From Gracilinanus agilis (Eukaryota), in assembly GCF_016433145.1 (NCBI RefSeq), contig NC_058131.1:285754103-285818102 (forward strand): a stretch of DNA of 64,000 nucleotides, given 5' to 3'. How positions within the stretch are numbered: position 1 is the first letter of the stretch; every line of letters begins with the position of its first letter. This document shows, piece after piece, positions 28,211 through 57,073 of the stretch. Made by a program: the position numbers and the translations under genes. Below the pieces are notes generated by a model. It had not been told where the DNA came from. It saw only the letters and a program-made list of their open reading frames with translations, and ran no database searches.

Positions 28211-30972
28211 TGTCAGTGGCTTCCAGAGTACTCAATCCATTGATGATAAGGAGTTTGGACAACTGGTCAAAAAGGAGATTACAGGGGTTCCTTTGTTGGT
28301 CCTGGGTGCAGAACTCTATTGTGTTGCCAGTTTTCAAACCTAAAACATGGTTCCAGGTTTAGGAGAAACACTTGCACACCAACACTTGCAATTACAGAGG
28401 AACAGGGGACTTTGGTCACAGTTCTAGGTTATAAAAGAGTGCTTGTGGTCAATCATAGACCAGAGCATAGGCCAGGAGAGTATTAAACACACCTCTCCTT
28501 AGATCATACTACCCTGGAAGAACTGATAATTTATAGATTCATAGACATAGCTCAGAGAGCAGCTACACAAAGAACCTAAAGCTTGGCACAGTGTCTCCTC
28601 TTCAACACAGGAATAGAGTCTTCCTGTAACAGTTTTTTAAAGTTTCATGGAAAAAAGCTGGAAAATGAGTGAACAAAAAAGAAAGAAAGAAAGAAACTTA
28701 TTTATATATTATATATATATATCAGAAAGTTTTCTTGGAGTGGGACAGGGAAGACCAAAACACAAACTCAGAAGAAAACAAAGGTCAAAGGCTTCACCTA
28801 AAGCCTCAAAAAAAAATATTAATTGGTCTTAAGCCCAAAAAGAATTTATAGGGGTTCCTCTGTTGGTCATGGGTACAGAATTCTGTTGCATTGCCAGGTT
28901 TCAACCCTAAGACATGGTTCCAGGTTTAGGAGAAACTAAGAATATTATGGCCAAATTCCAGAACCCTGAGGTCAGGAAGAAAATGTTGCAAGCAGCCAAA
29001 AAGAAATAATTCAAATATCATGAGATAATTCAAATATCAATGGTAAGGTAACACAAAATTTAGCACTTTTTACATTAAAGGACTGAAAGGTCTGGAATAT
29101 GATATTCCATAGGGCAAAGGAGATAGGATTACAACCAAGAATCATGCATCCAACAAAACTGTGAATAACCCTTTAGGGGAAAAAGAGGCATTCAATGAAA
29201 TAGTGGACTTTTAAGCATTTTTGTTGAAAAGACCAGAACTTAATAGAAAATTTGACTCTCAAAAACAAGACTCAAGAGAAGCATAAAAAGGTAAACAGGA
29301 AAGAGAAACAGACATTCAAAAGCTTAAACTGTATATATCCCTCCATAAGGAGATGATTCTTGTAACTCTGAAGAACTTTGTCATTATTAGGGCAGTTAGA
29401 AGTAGTATATAGAGATAGAGGGCATGGGTATGAGTTGAATAAAATAGGATGCTCTGGGAGAAATGTTGAGAGACATAGAAGGGGGTGAATCATCTCACAT
29501 AAAAGAGACTTGAAAGAACTTTACAGTGGAGGGAAGATGAGAAATTGAGGATGAAGAGTGTTTGAACCTTACATCAGAATTGGCTTGAAACATACATATT
29601 CAGTTGAGTATAGAAGCAGCTTACCAGAAGCAGCTAGGTGGCTCAGTGGATAGAGAGAGAGAGAGTCAGGCCTAGAGAGAAGTCTTGGTTTCAAATCTGG
29701 CCTCAGTAACTTCTTAATTATATGATCCTAGGCAAGACACTTAACCCCAATTGCCTAGTTCTTACTACTCTTTTGCCTTGGAACTGATACTTAGAAGAGA
29801 TTTTAAGACAGGAAAAAAGGAAGGAAGGAAAACAATTTGTCTTACTCTACAAAGTAGAAGGTGAGGATAAGAGAACGGGAAAGAGTGATAGAAAGGAAGG
29901 CAACTTGGAGGTCAGAAGAAAAACACTTCTGAGGATAGACAAGGTGAAAGGGGAGAGAGCAGGATAAACAGGGGTTAAGTAGGATGGAAAGTAATGCAGA
30001 GTAATGATAACTGAAAAAAATGACATTTCTCTAATAAAGGCCTTATTTCTCAAATATAGAGAAATTACTCAAATATATAATACAAGTCACTTCCCAGTTG
30101 ATAAATTAAATGGCCAAAGAATATGAACAGGCAGTTTTCAGATGAAGTAATCAAAGCCATCTATAGTTATATGAAAAAATGTTCTAAATCATTTAGAGAA
30201 ATGCAAATTAAAACAACTCTCTTTTATGTTTACTACCTCATACCTATCAGATTGACTATTATGATAGAAAAGGAAAATAACAAAAGTCAGAGGGAATGTG
30301 GGAAAATTGAGACACTAATCAACTAATCAAATTTGGAATTATGCCAAAAGGACTATAAAATTATATATGTTCTTTGACCCAGCAAGACTATTAGTAAGTC
30401 CGCATCCCAGAGTGATTTAAAAAAAAGGACCTATACATACAAAAATATTGATAGCAGTTCTTTTTGAGTTGGCAAAGAATTAGAAAGTGAGGGGATGCCT
30501 ATTAGGTGAGGATTGGACTGTGGTATATGATTGTAATGGAATACTATTGTGCTATAAGAAGTGATGAGCAAGATTTCAGAAAAATCAGGAGACTTACACA
30601 AACTGATGCAGAGTGAGGTGTACAGAATCAGGAGAGCAATATTGTATAATGAACAACTGTGAATGACTTAGCCATTCTCAGCAATAAGGAGATCCAAGAC
30701 AATCTTAAAGGACTCATGATGAAAAATATCATCTGCTTCTAGAAAAAGAACTGATGGAGACTGAATCCAAACCAAATCATACTATATTTCACCTTCTTTT
30801 TCCATTTTTTGGTCCAAGTTTTCTTCTACAAAAGGAGTAATAATGAAAAAATATTTTACATGTAAAATCTAAATCAGATTGCTTACCATCTCAGCGAGAG
30901 GAGACATGAGGGAGAGAGAATTCAGGACTCAAAATTTTTAAAAAAGTGTAAAAATTGTTTTTATATATAATT

Positions 30973-31117
30973 NNNNNNNNNNNNNNNNNNNNNNNNNNNN
31001 NNNNNNNNNNNNNNNNNNNNNNNNNNNNNNNNNNNNNNNNNNNNNNNNNNNNNNNNNNNNNNNNNNNNNNNNNNNNNNNNNNNNNNNNNNNNNNNNNNNN
31101 NNNNNNNNNNNNNNNNN
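30973..31117. other. Assembly gap (145 N)
   Basis: Run of N. Confidence 1.
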
Positions 31118-31333
31118 GTATCCTAGTTTCAAGGGTATCTATATCTCTTTGAGATCCCAGATATTAGTAGATTTGACCAGATATATACTAAATGACAGAA
31201 TGGACTTCAAACTCCTAATGAATAAAATTATCCTCTGAAGCAACATTCACTTGGATTCTTGGGGCTAAAACAGAAGTTTCGATTCATTGGTACTTGGCTT
31301 AATTAAAGATGCTTCAAATATTCTAAAGATGTC

Positions 31334-31339
31334 TTTATT
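31334..31339 (-). terminator. Candidate polyA signal of CDC26
   Basis: TTTATT on plus (AATAAA on minus) ~230 nt after the stop. Confidence 0.6.
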
Positions 31340-31567
31340 TTTAAAAATGAAATATAAGCTTTCTGGAGAAGAAGATGAAAATACTCCAGACACCAATTAG
31401 AGTTCAAATTTTTCCTCAATAAAGAAGTTAAGCCTCCCAAGGATCTTATGAGGGCAAAATAGTCTGATACTCTTTAAGCACTCAGTACTCTAAATAGTAT
31501 TTTAAATTTTGCCTTCATTGAATTGCTTTGTCAGAGGCAGGCACATGGGATAATTTTTCTACAAACT

Positions 31568-31744
31568 CTAAAACTCAAAGCTTCCAAACTGAGAGGAACG
31601 ATTATTAGGTTTGGGCTGAGGTTTATAACCAATTCGGTCATTGATCATTTGTTCTCGGGTTTTGTGGTCAGTGCTGAGGCCGATTGCTCCTTCTCCATCA
31701 CTGGCTCCCACCACATCCACATCTTCCCTCTGTTTTTTACGGGT
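31568..31744 (-). CDS. CDC26: CDC26 coding exon 2 (58 aa + TAG)
   Basis: ccttttctattttcag|acc acceptor; TAG at 31570-31568. Confidence 0.97.
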   Translation of the reverse strand, partial: TRKKQREDVDVVGASDGEGAIGLSTDHKTREQMINDRIGYKPQPKPNNRSSQFGSFEF

Positions 31745-34700
31745 CTGAAAATAGAAAAGGTTCAGAAATAATGCATGAATGTACTAGTGTGCAATTCAGA
31801 ATATTCATGATAAAGAAAAGGGATGCTAAAACAATGTCCATTGAAGCTAACTCGACCTGCAATAAGATTCACATTTATTAATTTCTTATTGTATTAAAAA
31901 AAGCCTTCATTCTTTTAATGTTTTGATAGATAAACTCTCATAAATCTCTTGAAAAAACTTTGCCACCCACTCACAAAATGACTACACTGAATTTACAAAC
32001 TATGTTCTAGTTTCTACCATTTCAAAATTAGTAAACCAGTGAATGAATATCTTGAAGCTTCCTAATTTGATTGTGAAAATTAATGAGATTGAACGATAAT
32101 GGCTTCCTGAAAGGTAGCCTAAAAGGTATAAAAATATCATATTTAAAACTTTTTATTTATTCACACTATACTTAAAACTTAAAGGTTTGCAAAGCACTTT
32201 ACAAATATGATCTTATTTTATCCTAACAATCCTGAGACATAAGTGCAATTATTATCCCCATTTTATGGATAAAGAAGCTGAGACAGACAGGAGTTAAATG
32301 ACTTGTCCAGGGTCAAACAGCAAGTCTCTGAAAGCAGATTTGAAGTCACAGCTTCCTGATTCCAAGTCCAGTGACACCTCTCTGCCTCTAGATTTCCTTA
32401 TTCTGCTATTGTTTTCTAATAATTTAAAAAGAGTAAATCCAAAATATTATATTTGATGAAATACTTTTTTATGAGACATAAGTTAAAAAAAAAAAAGCAA
32501 AAACGAAAACCTCCTGGTTTCCTTGATGTCTAATCTATACCACCAATAAATAGCACAATTAAATTTCTGCCTTATTAGGTTTTTTCGTGGGAAAAGGCTG
32601 GGAGAAAAGAACTGAAAAACAATTTTCTGAAACCATTGTGGAATCTAGACCAGAGACTATTTGAACTGGTGTTCTGATATGTAATCTACAAATGTCAGAA
32701 TGCAAATATATTCTTCTACAGGAGAAACTCAGACTGCTACAAAAAAAATGACTATGTATAGTATTTTAAGCTACAAAAGAAAGTTGCTAAATAAAATAGT
32801 TTTTTTTAATTTTTTATTTACTGTTGCCATATGAGTCTTTCTGGGGATTATTCCACACATCTTCTATATTCTGCCCACCTCCTACCTCTTCAAATTGAAC
32901 TTTCCCGGTTCAAAGAAAAACACCTCCTTTAGTGACTAGAAACATCAGCCCTGGGGAAAAGTCACCTGAAAAACCTGGTAATATGTTCTAAAGCTGGAAA
33001 TGTAGCAGTGCACCCAACTATGTTTTAAGCTAGATGAATTTTATTGTAATGTCCACCTGTCCCGTGGGCTGGGCCAAATCTGTACTGGTGGCAATGGTGA
33101 CTTAACACCGATTAGCTGATACAGCAGAGTCAAAGTTCAGCATGATGGCATTTTACAAGATTCATTACAATCAAAGCTTTGAACTGACTCTCATGCATAT
33201 CCTCAAAAAGAAACTTGGAGGCTGACTGGATTGGAGATGGGTAGGAGGGAGACCCTATGCTTGGGTTGGATTCAACCAATGATTTCATTAGTATGGGAAG
33301 TTCAGGAGAGTAGAGAAGTCTAGATTCCTACCCCTTAGATCTTGGGAAACTTGGCTTCTTGGTCTGTTCAGGTTCCAAACCTTCAGGACCCTTATTCTCC
33401 TCTGGACAAAGTACCTTTGTACTCTGGATTCCTGTAAACCCAGTAGCTTGAGATTCTGGGCTTTCCTCAAAGCCCTGTCCAAAGTCTGTATGTAGTCTTT
33501 TGGTTTTGACATCTTTTTTTTTTCTTTTTTGACAAATAATACTTTTATTTTTTCATTCATGTGCCTTAATTACCTTTGTTTTTACTAACTACCGAGGTCC
33601 TTATTATCACACAAAACATAGTTATGTAATGTCTAAAACACATATTTCAAGTATTTTGGTCAAATTAACATTTTTAGCTAATAAAAAGGTTAATAATCAG
33701 CATATTGCAAAAATGTATAACAGATATCCTATACCTCTAAAATACAATCTGACATCTGTGGTTCTTTGGACTCCCAATCTGTGGTCTCTGGTCCACCTCT
33801 GGTCCCTCCACCCTTTAAGGTCTCTCTGGCTTTCCTCTGTGCCCCTGGAGTGTAGAACTCTGCTTTAGATCCAGCAGCCACAGTCAGTAGCAGGTGGATC
33901 AGTGTGTGACCATCAGGGCTCATACTGAAATGTAACTGAGGAGTCAAGGATGATAACCCACTGGAGGCCCATACTGTACTTCTGAGAATTGTTGTTTTTT
34001 GTTTTTTTTTTCCCAACCTTTACCTTCTGTCTTAGAAGCAATACTAAGTACCAGATCCAAGGTAGAAGAACGGTAGGGGTCAGGCAGTTGGGATTAAATG
34101 ATTTGCACAGGGTCACACAATTAGGAAGTGTCTGCAGCTATATTTGAACAAAAGAGTAAGTTTTTAGTGTAGATGTCTACATAATTCTTTAGAAGAATTT
34201 TGATTTGGAGATCATTTCATATCAAAAGAATCTCAGGCCTGGCTCTCTTTCCACTGAGCCATTTTGTTGCCCCCTGAGTTTTGTTTTTTTTTTAAAGTTA
34301 AAAATTATGATGTTGAAAGCAAGCTACATTCCTAAGGAGAAGAGGACAGCCAGTTTATAAAATATTTTCAGACACAATTCAATTCAAGTTTTTAAAATAC
34401 ATAATAAAAACCATTCATATTCACTACTATATGCAAGATGAAGTGGTTACAGGTTCACATGTAGTTTGCCCTTCTTGTTACATAGTATAAAAAGAATTTG
34501 AGTTTTATTATTGCTTCAAATTTAAACACATGGAAGTGCTTCTTTTAGGAGGCAGCTAGGTACTGTAGATAGAGTCCCAAACCTGGTGTTGGGAGGACTG
34601 GGGTTCAAATTTGCCCTCAGACACTTATTAACTATATAATTCTGGGCAAGTCACTTAACCTTGATTGCCTAGTTCTCACCACTCTTCTGTCTTAGAATTG

Positions 34701-35006
34701 ATACTATGTCAGAAGATAAGGGTTGTTTGTTTTTTTTTTAATAAAATAGAAAGTCCTTATTTTGATACAAAATGACTATCAAATCAAGGTTCTTCTCAGG
34801 AATGATGCAGACATCTAGATTAAAAACCCACTCTTTAGCATTGTTCTCCCAATTGAAATAATCTCTTAGAACTTTAGCCTAAGATAGCAAATCACCCCTA
34901 AAATAGCAAATATGTACCCACTCACCTCTAGATCCTTCCGGATACTCTCAAATTCTTCAATGTCATCTAGCTTCAGTTCCAGGCGAGTGGGTTTTCGGCG
35001 GAGCAT
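31568..35006 (-). CDS. CDC26: APC/C subunit CDC26, complement(join(31568..31744,34926..35006)), 85 aa
   Basis: [27 protein letters not shown] | [58 protein letters not shown]; gtgag donor and ttttcag acceptor on the minus strand. Confidence 0.97.
33985..34275 (-). mobile_element. SINE-1-type element with an ~80-nt foreign insert
   Basis: Both SINE halves recognisable. Confidence 0.75.
34549..34740 (+). mobile_element. Older SINE-1-type element
   Basis: ggcagctagg...gggttcaaat...gggcaagtcacttaac. Confidence 0.8.
34926..35006 (-). CDS. CDC26: CDC26 coding exon 1 (27 codons)
   Basis: ATG at 35006-35004; donor GTGAG at 34925-34921. Confidence 0.96.
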
Positions 35007-35141
35007 CCTGATGATAGTTCAGCACCTACAACCCAAATCCACTGAGTTGTCAAAATTTAGGGAGAAGAAAGAGGCTCCACGACAAACATACTCTGGTAGT
35101 GATCAGTTCCTCTGCAAACAAACATATAAAAGCAGAATGAT

Positions 35142-35537
35142 AGAAGAACATTGTACACAGAGACCAATACACTATGGTAAAATAGAATGTAATGGACTTC
35201 AACGCAATGACCCAGGACAATTCTGAGGGATTTATGGAAAAGAATGCTACCCACATTCAGAGGAAGAACTGCAGGAGTAGAAACACAGAAGAAAAGCAGC
35301 TGCTTGAACACATGGGTTGAGGCAGACATGATGGGGATTTTGATTCAAAACTACCACACCAATGCAATGATCAACAATTTGGAAATAGGTCTTGATCAAT
35401 GACACATGTTAAAACAAGTGGAAATGTGCGTTGGCCAGGGTTTGGGGGAGGGCGAGGGGTGAAGGGGAAAGTAGGAGCATGAATCATGTAACCATGTTAA
35501 CTTTTCTAAAAAATGAATATTAATAAATATTTTTTAA
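35142..35537 (+). mobile_element. 5'-truncated L1 3'UTR
   Basis: 14-bp TSD AAAAGCAGAATGAT at 35128-35141 and 35538-35551. Confidence 0.92.
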
Positions 35538-35888
35538 AAAAGCAGAATGATGATACCAAAAATGCACACATGACCTTCCAAGCCTTTAGGAAGCATTATA
35601 TTATGGGTCTCAGGGGCTCTGATTGGAAAAGTCTGTCCCTTCATGAATAGTTATTCAAAAACAGCTTCTTGTGCAACACAGAAATCAAGAGAAGCAAAGT
35701 CTACTTTATTCCAGCACTTAGTCACATTCAGAGACATGTAAAAATTTACATAGACAGTTAAAAATTCCCTTAATTCAAAACAAGTTACTATTTGAGGAAT
35801 GGGTAGTACCAATCAGTTTGATGCCCTTTATGTGGGTTTTTATGGATTTGTGATCACTGACAAAAGCCCAGTTAAGATTTCATTTTCA

Positions 35889-36090
35889 GGGGGCAGCGGG
35901 GTAGCTCAGTGGATTGAGAGCCAGACCTAGAGACAGGAGGCCTTATGTTCAAATCTGGCCTCAGACACTTCTTAGCTGTGTGGCCCTGGGCAAGTCACTT
36001 AACCCCCATTGCCTAGCCCTTACCACTCTTTTGCTTTGGAGCCAATACACAGTATTGACTCCAAGATGGAAGGTAAGGGTTAAAAAAAAT
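35889..36090 (+). mobile_element. SINE-1
   Basis: TSD TTTCATTTTCA at 35878-35888 and 36091-36101. Confidence 0.9.
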
Positions 36091-36592
36091 TTTCATTTTC
36101 ATTTCAAAATGATCACACAAATGGTTGGCTTCCTAATTCTCATGAAAACTATTTGAGTCAGAACTATACAATGATGATGCAAACTGTTTCTCAAGTAACA
36201 AAACCCAGAGATAACCTTAGGGCCTTATTTTTTTTTTTCTTGGCTTCATGATCTGAATTTTAATATATATGTGTGTGTGTGTGTGTATACATTTTGGATT
36301 TTCATATACTTAAAAAGTTGTATTTATTTTTCAAAATAATGCTGTCATTTCTGAATACCCTTCTCCCCTCTTAGCTCTCTCTTGTAACAGACTCAATAAG
36401 TAATGTTAACTTTCTCAACTCTCTGGATTGTTTAATACCCTTTAGGGACATTATTTAGTTTTTTCTCTTTTGTAATAAAGAAGTTGTTAGCCCAAAACAA
36501 ACCAAAGTTTCTCAAAAAGTATGCATGCCAGCATGTGATTTCCAACTTTATTTTAGAATTCTGGATTTACTGACCACATTCTTTATACCCAC

Positions 36593-36685
36593 TTTAATCC
36601 TGGGATCAAAATTATTGGCAAAGGATCAGAGAGACGGACTGAACACCCGGTTCAGCATATCCACTGAATATAAAGTAGTCTCAAA
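36593..36685 (-). other. CDC26: Candidate non-coding 5'UTR exon of CDC26 (93 nt)
   Basis: Minus-strand acceptor ctgtctctccag|ttt and donor aaa|gtgggt; unique sequence between promoter and ATG exon; inferred only. Confidence 0.55.
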
Positions 36686-37747
36686 CTGGAGAGACAGTTT
36701 TTGAGTAGTTCCTATTGTCTATCATATCTACCTATTTATTTCCTTTGCCTCCTTTCTTCCTTTTTCTTTTCTCCTCCAATTTTATCCTTTGCCCAGGGTT
36801 AGCTAATATCAGGGATAGGCATTGCTGACTCATCGTTCAACTCAATTGCACTAGTACAGTATCGGATAGATTTAGAGCTGGCAGCGACCTTACACACTTA
36901 CATACAACTCTTTCATTTTATAGATGAGGGATCTGAGGCTCAGAGAGTGACTAGACTAAGTTCGCACTCCTAGGAAGCAGGTAAGACGAAGGATTCAAAC
37001 TGAGGTCTTTTTGAGTAGTGTGTCATCCATGGGCAGGGGTTGGGGACTCTACAGTTCTCAGTGAAAGTGCTTTTGCTAATTGAAGCAGGAACTAGGCTGG
37101 GTCCTGGAAGATGGGAAATAGGGAGAAGGGAAGGATTGGATGGGGAGGAGGGAAAGAGGAAACGGGGAATGGGTGGAGGGAGGATAAAGAATGTGTGTGT
37201 CGGAATAGGAAATGGGGAGATAGGACTGTGTGTGGAGAGGACGGGAAATGTGGGGATTATGGGAGTGAGAGATGTGGGGAGAGGATGGGGAATGTGATGG
37301 GGGGAAAGGGAAGATGCCACCCAGTCTCATAATCAAGTCCATTTTCTTAGTTTCCTGATCTGTAAAATGAGAATATTGACCCATTCTCTCTCTGAGGTCT
37401 GTGGAGTCAGATGCCGAGGAGGAAGATCGTAGTTTTCGATAGGGCCAACGTTTCCAGGGCAACAGGGTGGCAGGCCCACAATCCAGAGCTACCAGAACCC
37501 GAAGTCCACCCACCAGCCGGCTGCTCCTCTTCCCTCCCTCTCGGCTTCCGTCCCCTTCCCTTTCCGCCTGGCGCGCCCCAGGCTCTGGGCCCCAGCTTAA
37601 AGCAGCCCTCACGTCCCAACACCCACCTCCCCCCGGCGCGACGTGGTACAACTCGGATAGACTCAGCCCAGTCCAGGAGTGAAAGCAACTTCTCAGATCT
37701 CTACCTTTCCCGTCACGGACCAACCTACAGAAAGATCGACCGGAGAG

Positions 37748-37764
37748 ACTACGCCTCCCAGCAT
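37748..37764 (+). promoter_or_regulatory. Second ZNF143-like motif ACTACGCCTCCCAGCAT
   Basis: ACTAC-n3-TCCCAGCAT variant. Confidence 0.6.
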
Positions 37765-37861
37765 ACCTTGCGGGTCCTTCCTTTTACGTCTCTCCTGACT
37801 ACCTCTCCCAGAATGCTCCGTGCCTTACCCCTCGAGCCGGAACAAAAGTACTTCTACGCTG

Positions 37862-37876
37862 ACTACAATTCCCGGC
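37862..37876 (+). promoter_or_regulatory. ZNF143 (SBS/ACTACA) motif ACTACAATTCCC
   Basis: Exact match to ACTACAnnTCCC consensus. Confidence 0.7.
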
Positions 37877-38036
37877 CTGCTCCGCGTGGGCTTGCGGGCT
37901 CCTCTTGGTTCCGGTCCTGTTACAGTTTCCGGTATGGTTCGAAGTTTCCGGTTTCCTCAACGTGGAGGGTATCCTCCGGTATCGTCTGCGGCTTTGGTGG
38001 TTCGTTCTTTTGGTGACTTGAGACATCCCCTCCGAC

Positions 38037-55520
<17,484 letters not shown>

Positions 55521-56223
55521 ACCTGGTCCTTGGACATGATTCTGTAACTCAGATGTCTAGTCCCAAACTCTCCCTTTCCTGCCAGTTTGGTCAGAAGAAG
55601 GGAGTTGGTGGGGAATGTCACAAGTTCAACTTTGCCACTCACAGTGTGTGGAATAGGGGGTAGGTTTGCCCCAAGGCAGCTAGTCCAGTTCCCCAAGTGG
55701 TTCTGGGCAATTCTACCCCCATTTTCAGGGACCCTGCAATGGACCATGTCGGCATTACTGGGTTTTTTTTACTTCTGCTATAGTGGATTCTTCCCCGTCT
55801 CCTCCTCTGCACCCCCAGGATTATGGTACCTCTGTTCCCTTAATAGAACTTCCATCATGTCCCCTGAAGCCTGACTCGCCAGGTCATAGTTATGTGCTGT
55901 AGTTGGAAGGGCCCCCCCACAGACACATGACTGGACTTCAGCTCAGAAGCTGACAAGTGTAGACTTGTATGTGAGTGTGCACTGCTTCACTCATTCGTAG
56001 CATCATCAGAGGATATGCTCTCCCCCAAGGATTAAAGGATGAACCAGCAGAACGCAGACAACCGAGTCCCTTTTCTGTTGGGTTCACATTGGATACTGAA
56101 CCAAGTTACAACTGAAAATTTGCCTGGGAATTCTCTCTGCCATGCTTGTGCCCATTGGATTCCAGTGCTGGGCATTCCTTTTTCTATACCCCCAAGCAGG
56201 GGGTTGCATCAGGAAGCAATAGT

Positions 56224-56229
56224 AATAAA
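56224..56229 (+). terminator. Candidate polyA signal of PRPF4
   Basis: AATAAA ~700 nt after the stop; alternatives ATTAAA 56031 and AATAAA 57092. Confidence 0.35.
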
Positions 56230-56884
56230 AAAGGTCACCGATGAGGCTTTCACCTTGTTTGCTGTACTTTCTGTTAGTCACCATAGGGATCTAACTGATG
56301 CCTGGACATGATATTCTGGAACCCACATGTGAAGAGCTCTCACTTAATTTAACCCTGTCTTTGAATCCCATTCTAAGTGCTGTTACAAAGACTCACCCAA
56401 TATAATCTTACCCTCACCCTCAGGCTGCCAAAAAACCCCTTTTGGATCTGGTTGTAACAAACAACCCTGGCTGAGAGGAACTTTTTGAAGATTTCTCCCC
56501 CTATTACAAGTGAGGTGTAATCAAAGAAATGGGTCGAGTGTCCCCGGTGCTGTTGGTAGAGCCTTTCTTCATTTCTCTTGTCAGAGTCATTAACCTTCAA
56601 CTTCTTTTTATTCTTTTGTGCCCCAGCCCAACCACCACCACTGAATCAACTCAGAACAATCAGGAATTTGGAGGTGGCCAAGACTACCTGTAGAAGTAAT
56701 GGAAGAATCCTACCTGATAATTCCTTCCCCTTCTGGGCACAAAGCCTCATTTCATGCCAGAAGGAATCTGTTTCTTTGTGATGTGCAGACTGAGAATGTA
56801 ATTTCTAAATAATATGTTTCTTTTAACCAAATTCCTTTATCACTTCAATATAGTACCTGACACAAAGCAGTATATAAAAAACGA

Positions 56885-57073
56885 AAACCCTTTTTTTCTG
56901 ACTTAGAATTGCTACTAAGTATAGTTCCAAAGCAGAAGAGTGCTAAAGACTAGGCAATTTGGGGTAAAGTGATTTATCTAGGGTCACACAGGAGGTTTGC
57001 GAGGCCAGGTTTGAACTTAGGGTCTTCCTATCTCCAGGCCTGGCATTCTATCCACTGGGCCAACTAGCTGTCC
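56885..57073 (-). mobile_element. Older SINE-1-type element
   Basis: Reverse-complement SINE body. Confidence 0.75.

Larger units (their letters stand above)
27590..30972 (+). mobile_element. Old internally deleted L1 (5'UTR, ORF1 remnants, 3' end) with SINE insertions
   Basis: 5'UTR (gacaacttagaagg..aaaggtctgt); ORF1 remnant NIMAKFQNPEVRKKMLQAAKK; ORF2 C-term MNRQFSDEVIKAIYSYMKKCSKS. Confidence 0.75.

Noticed and set aside
30938-31152. ORFs containing X runs
   Set aside because: Artefacts of the N gap
33127-33191. Imperfect hairpin GAGTC-AGTTCA...TGAACT-GACTC in the CDC26 intron
   Set aside because: About 17 bp with several bulges and a large loop; too weak for a pre-miRNA call
37411-38016. 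201-aa plus-strand ORF (and 215-aa minus ORF at 37076-37723) in the CpG island
   Set aside because: GC-rich, stop-poor promoter DNA with P/R/S/G-biased composition and no recognisable domain; out of frame with PRPF4 and starts upstream of the likely TSS
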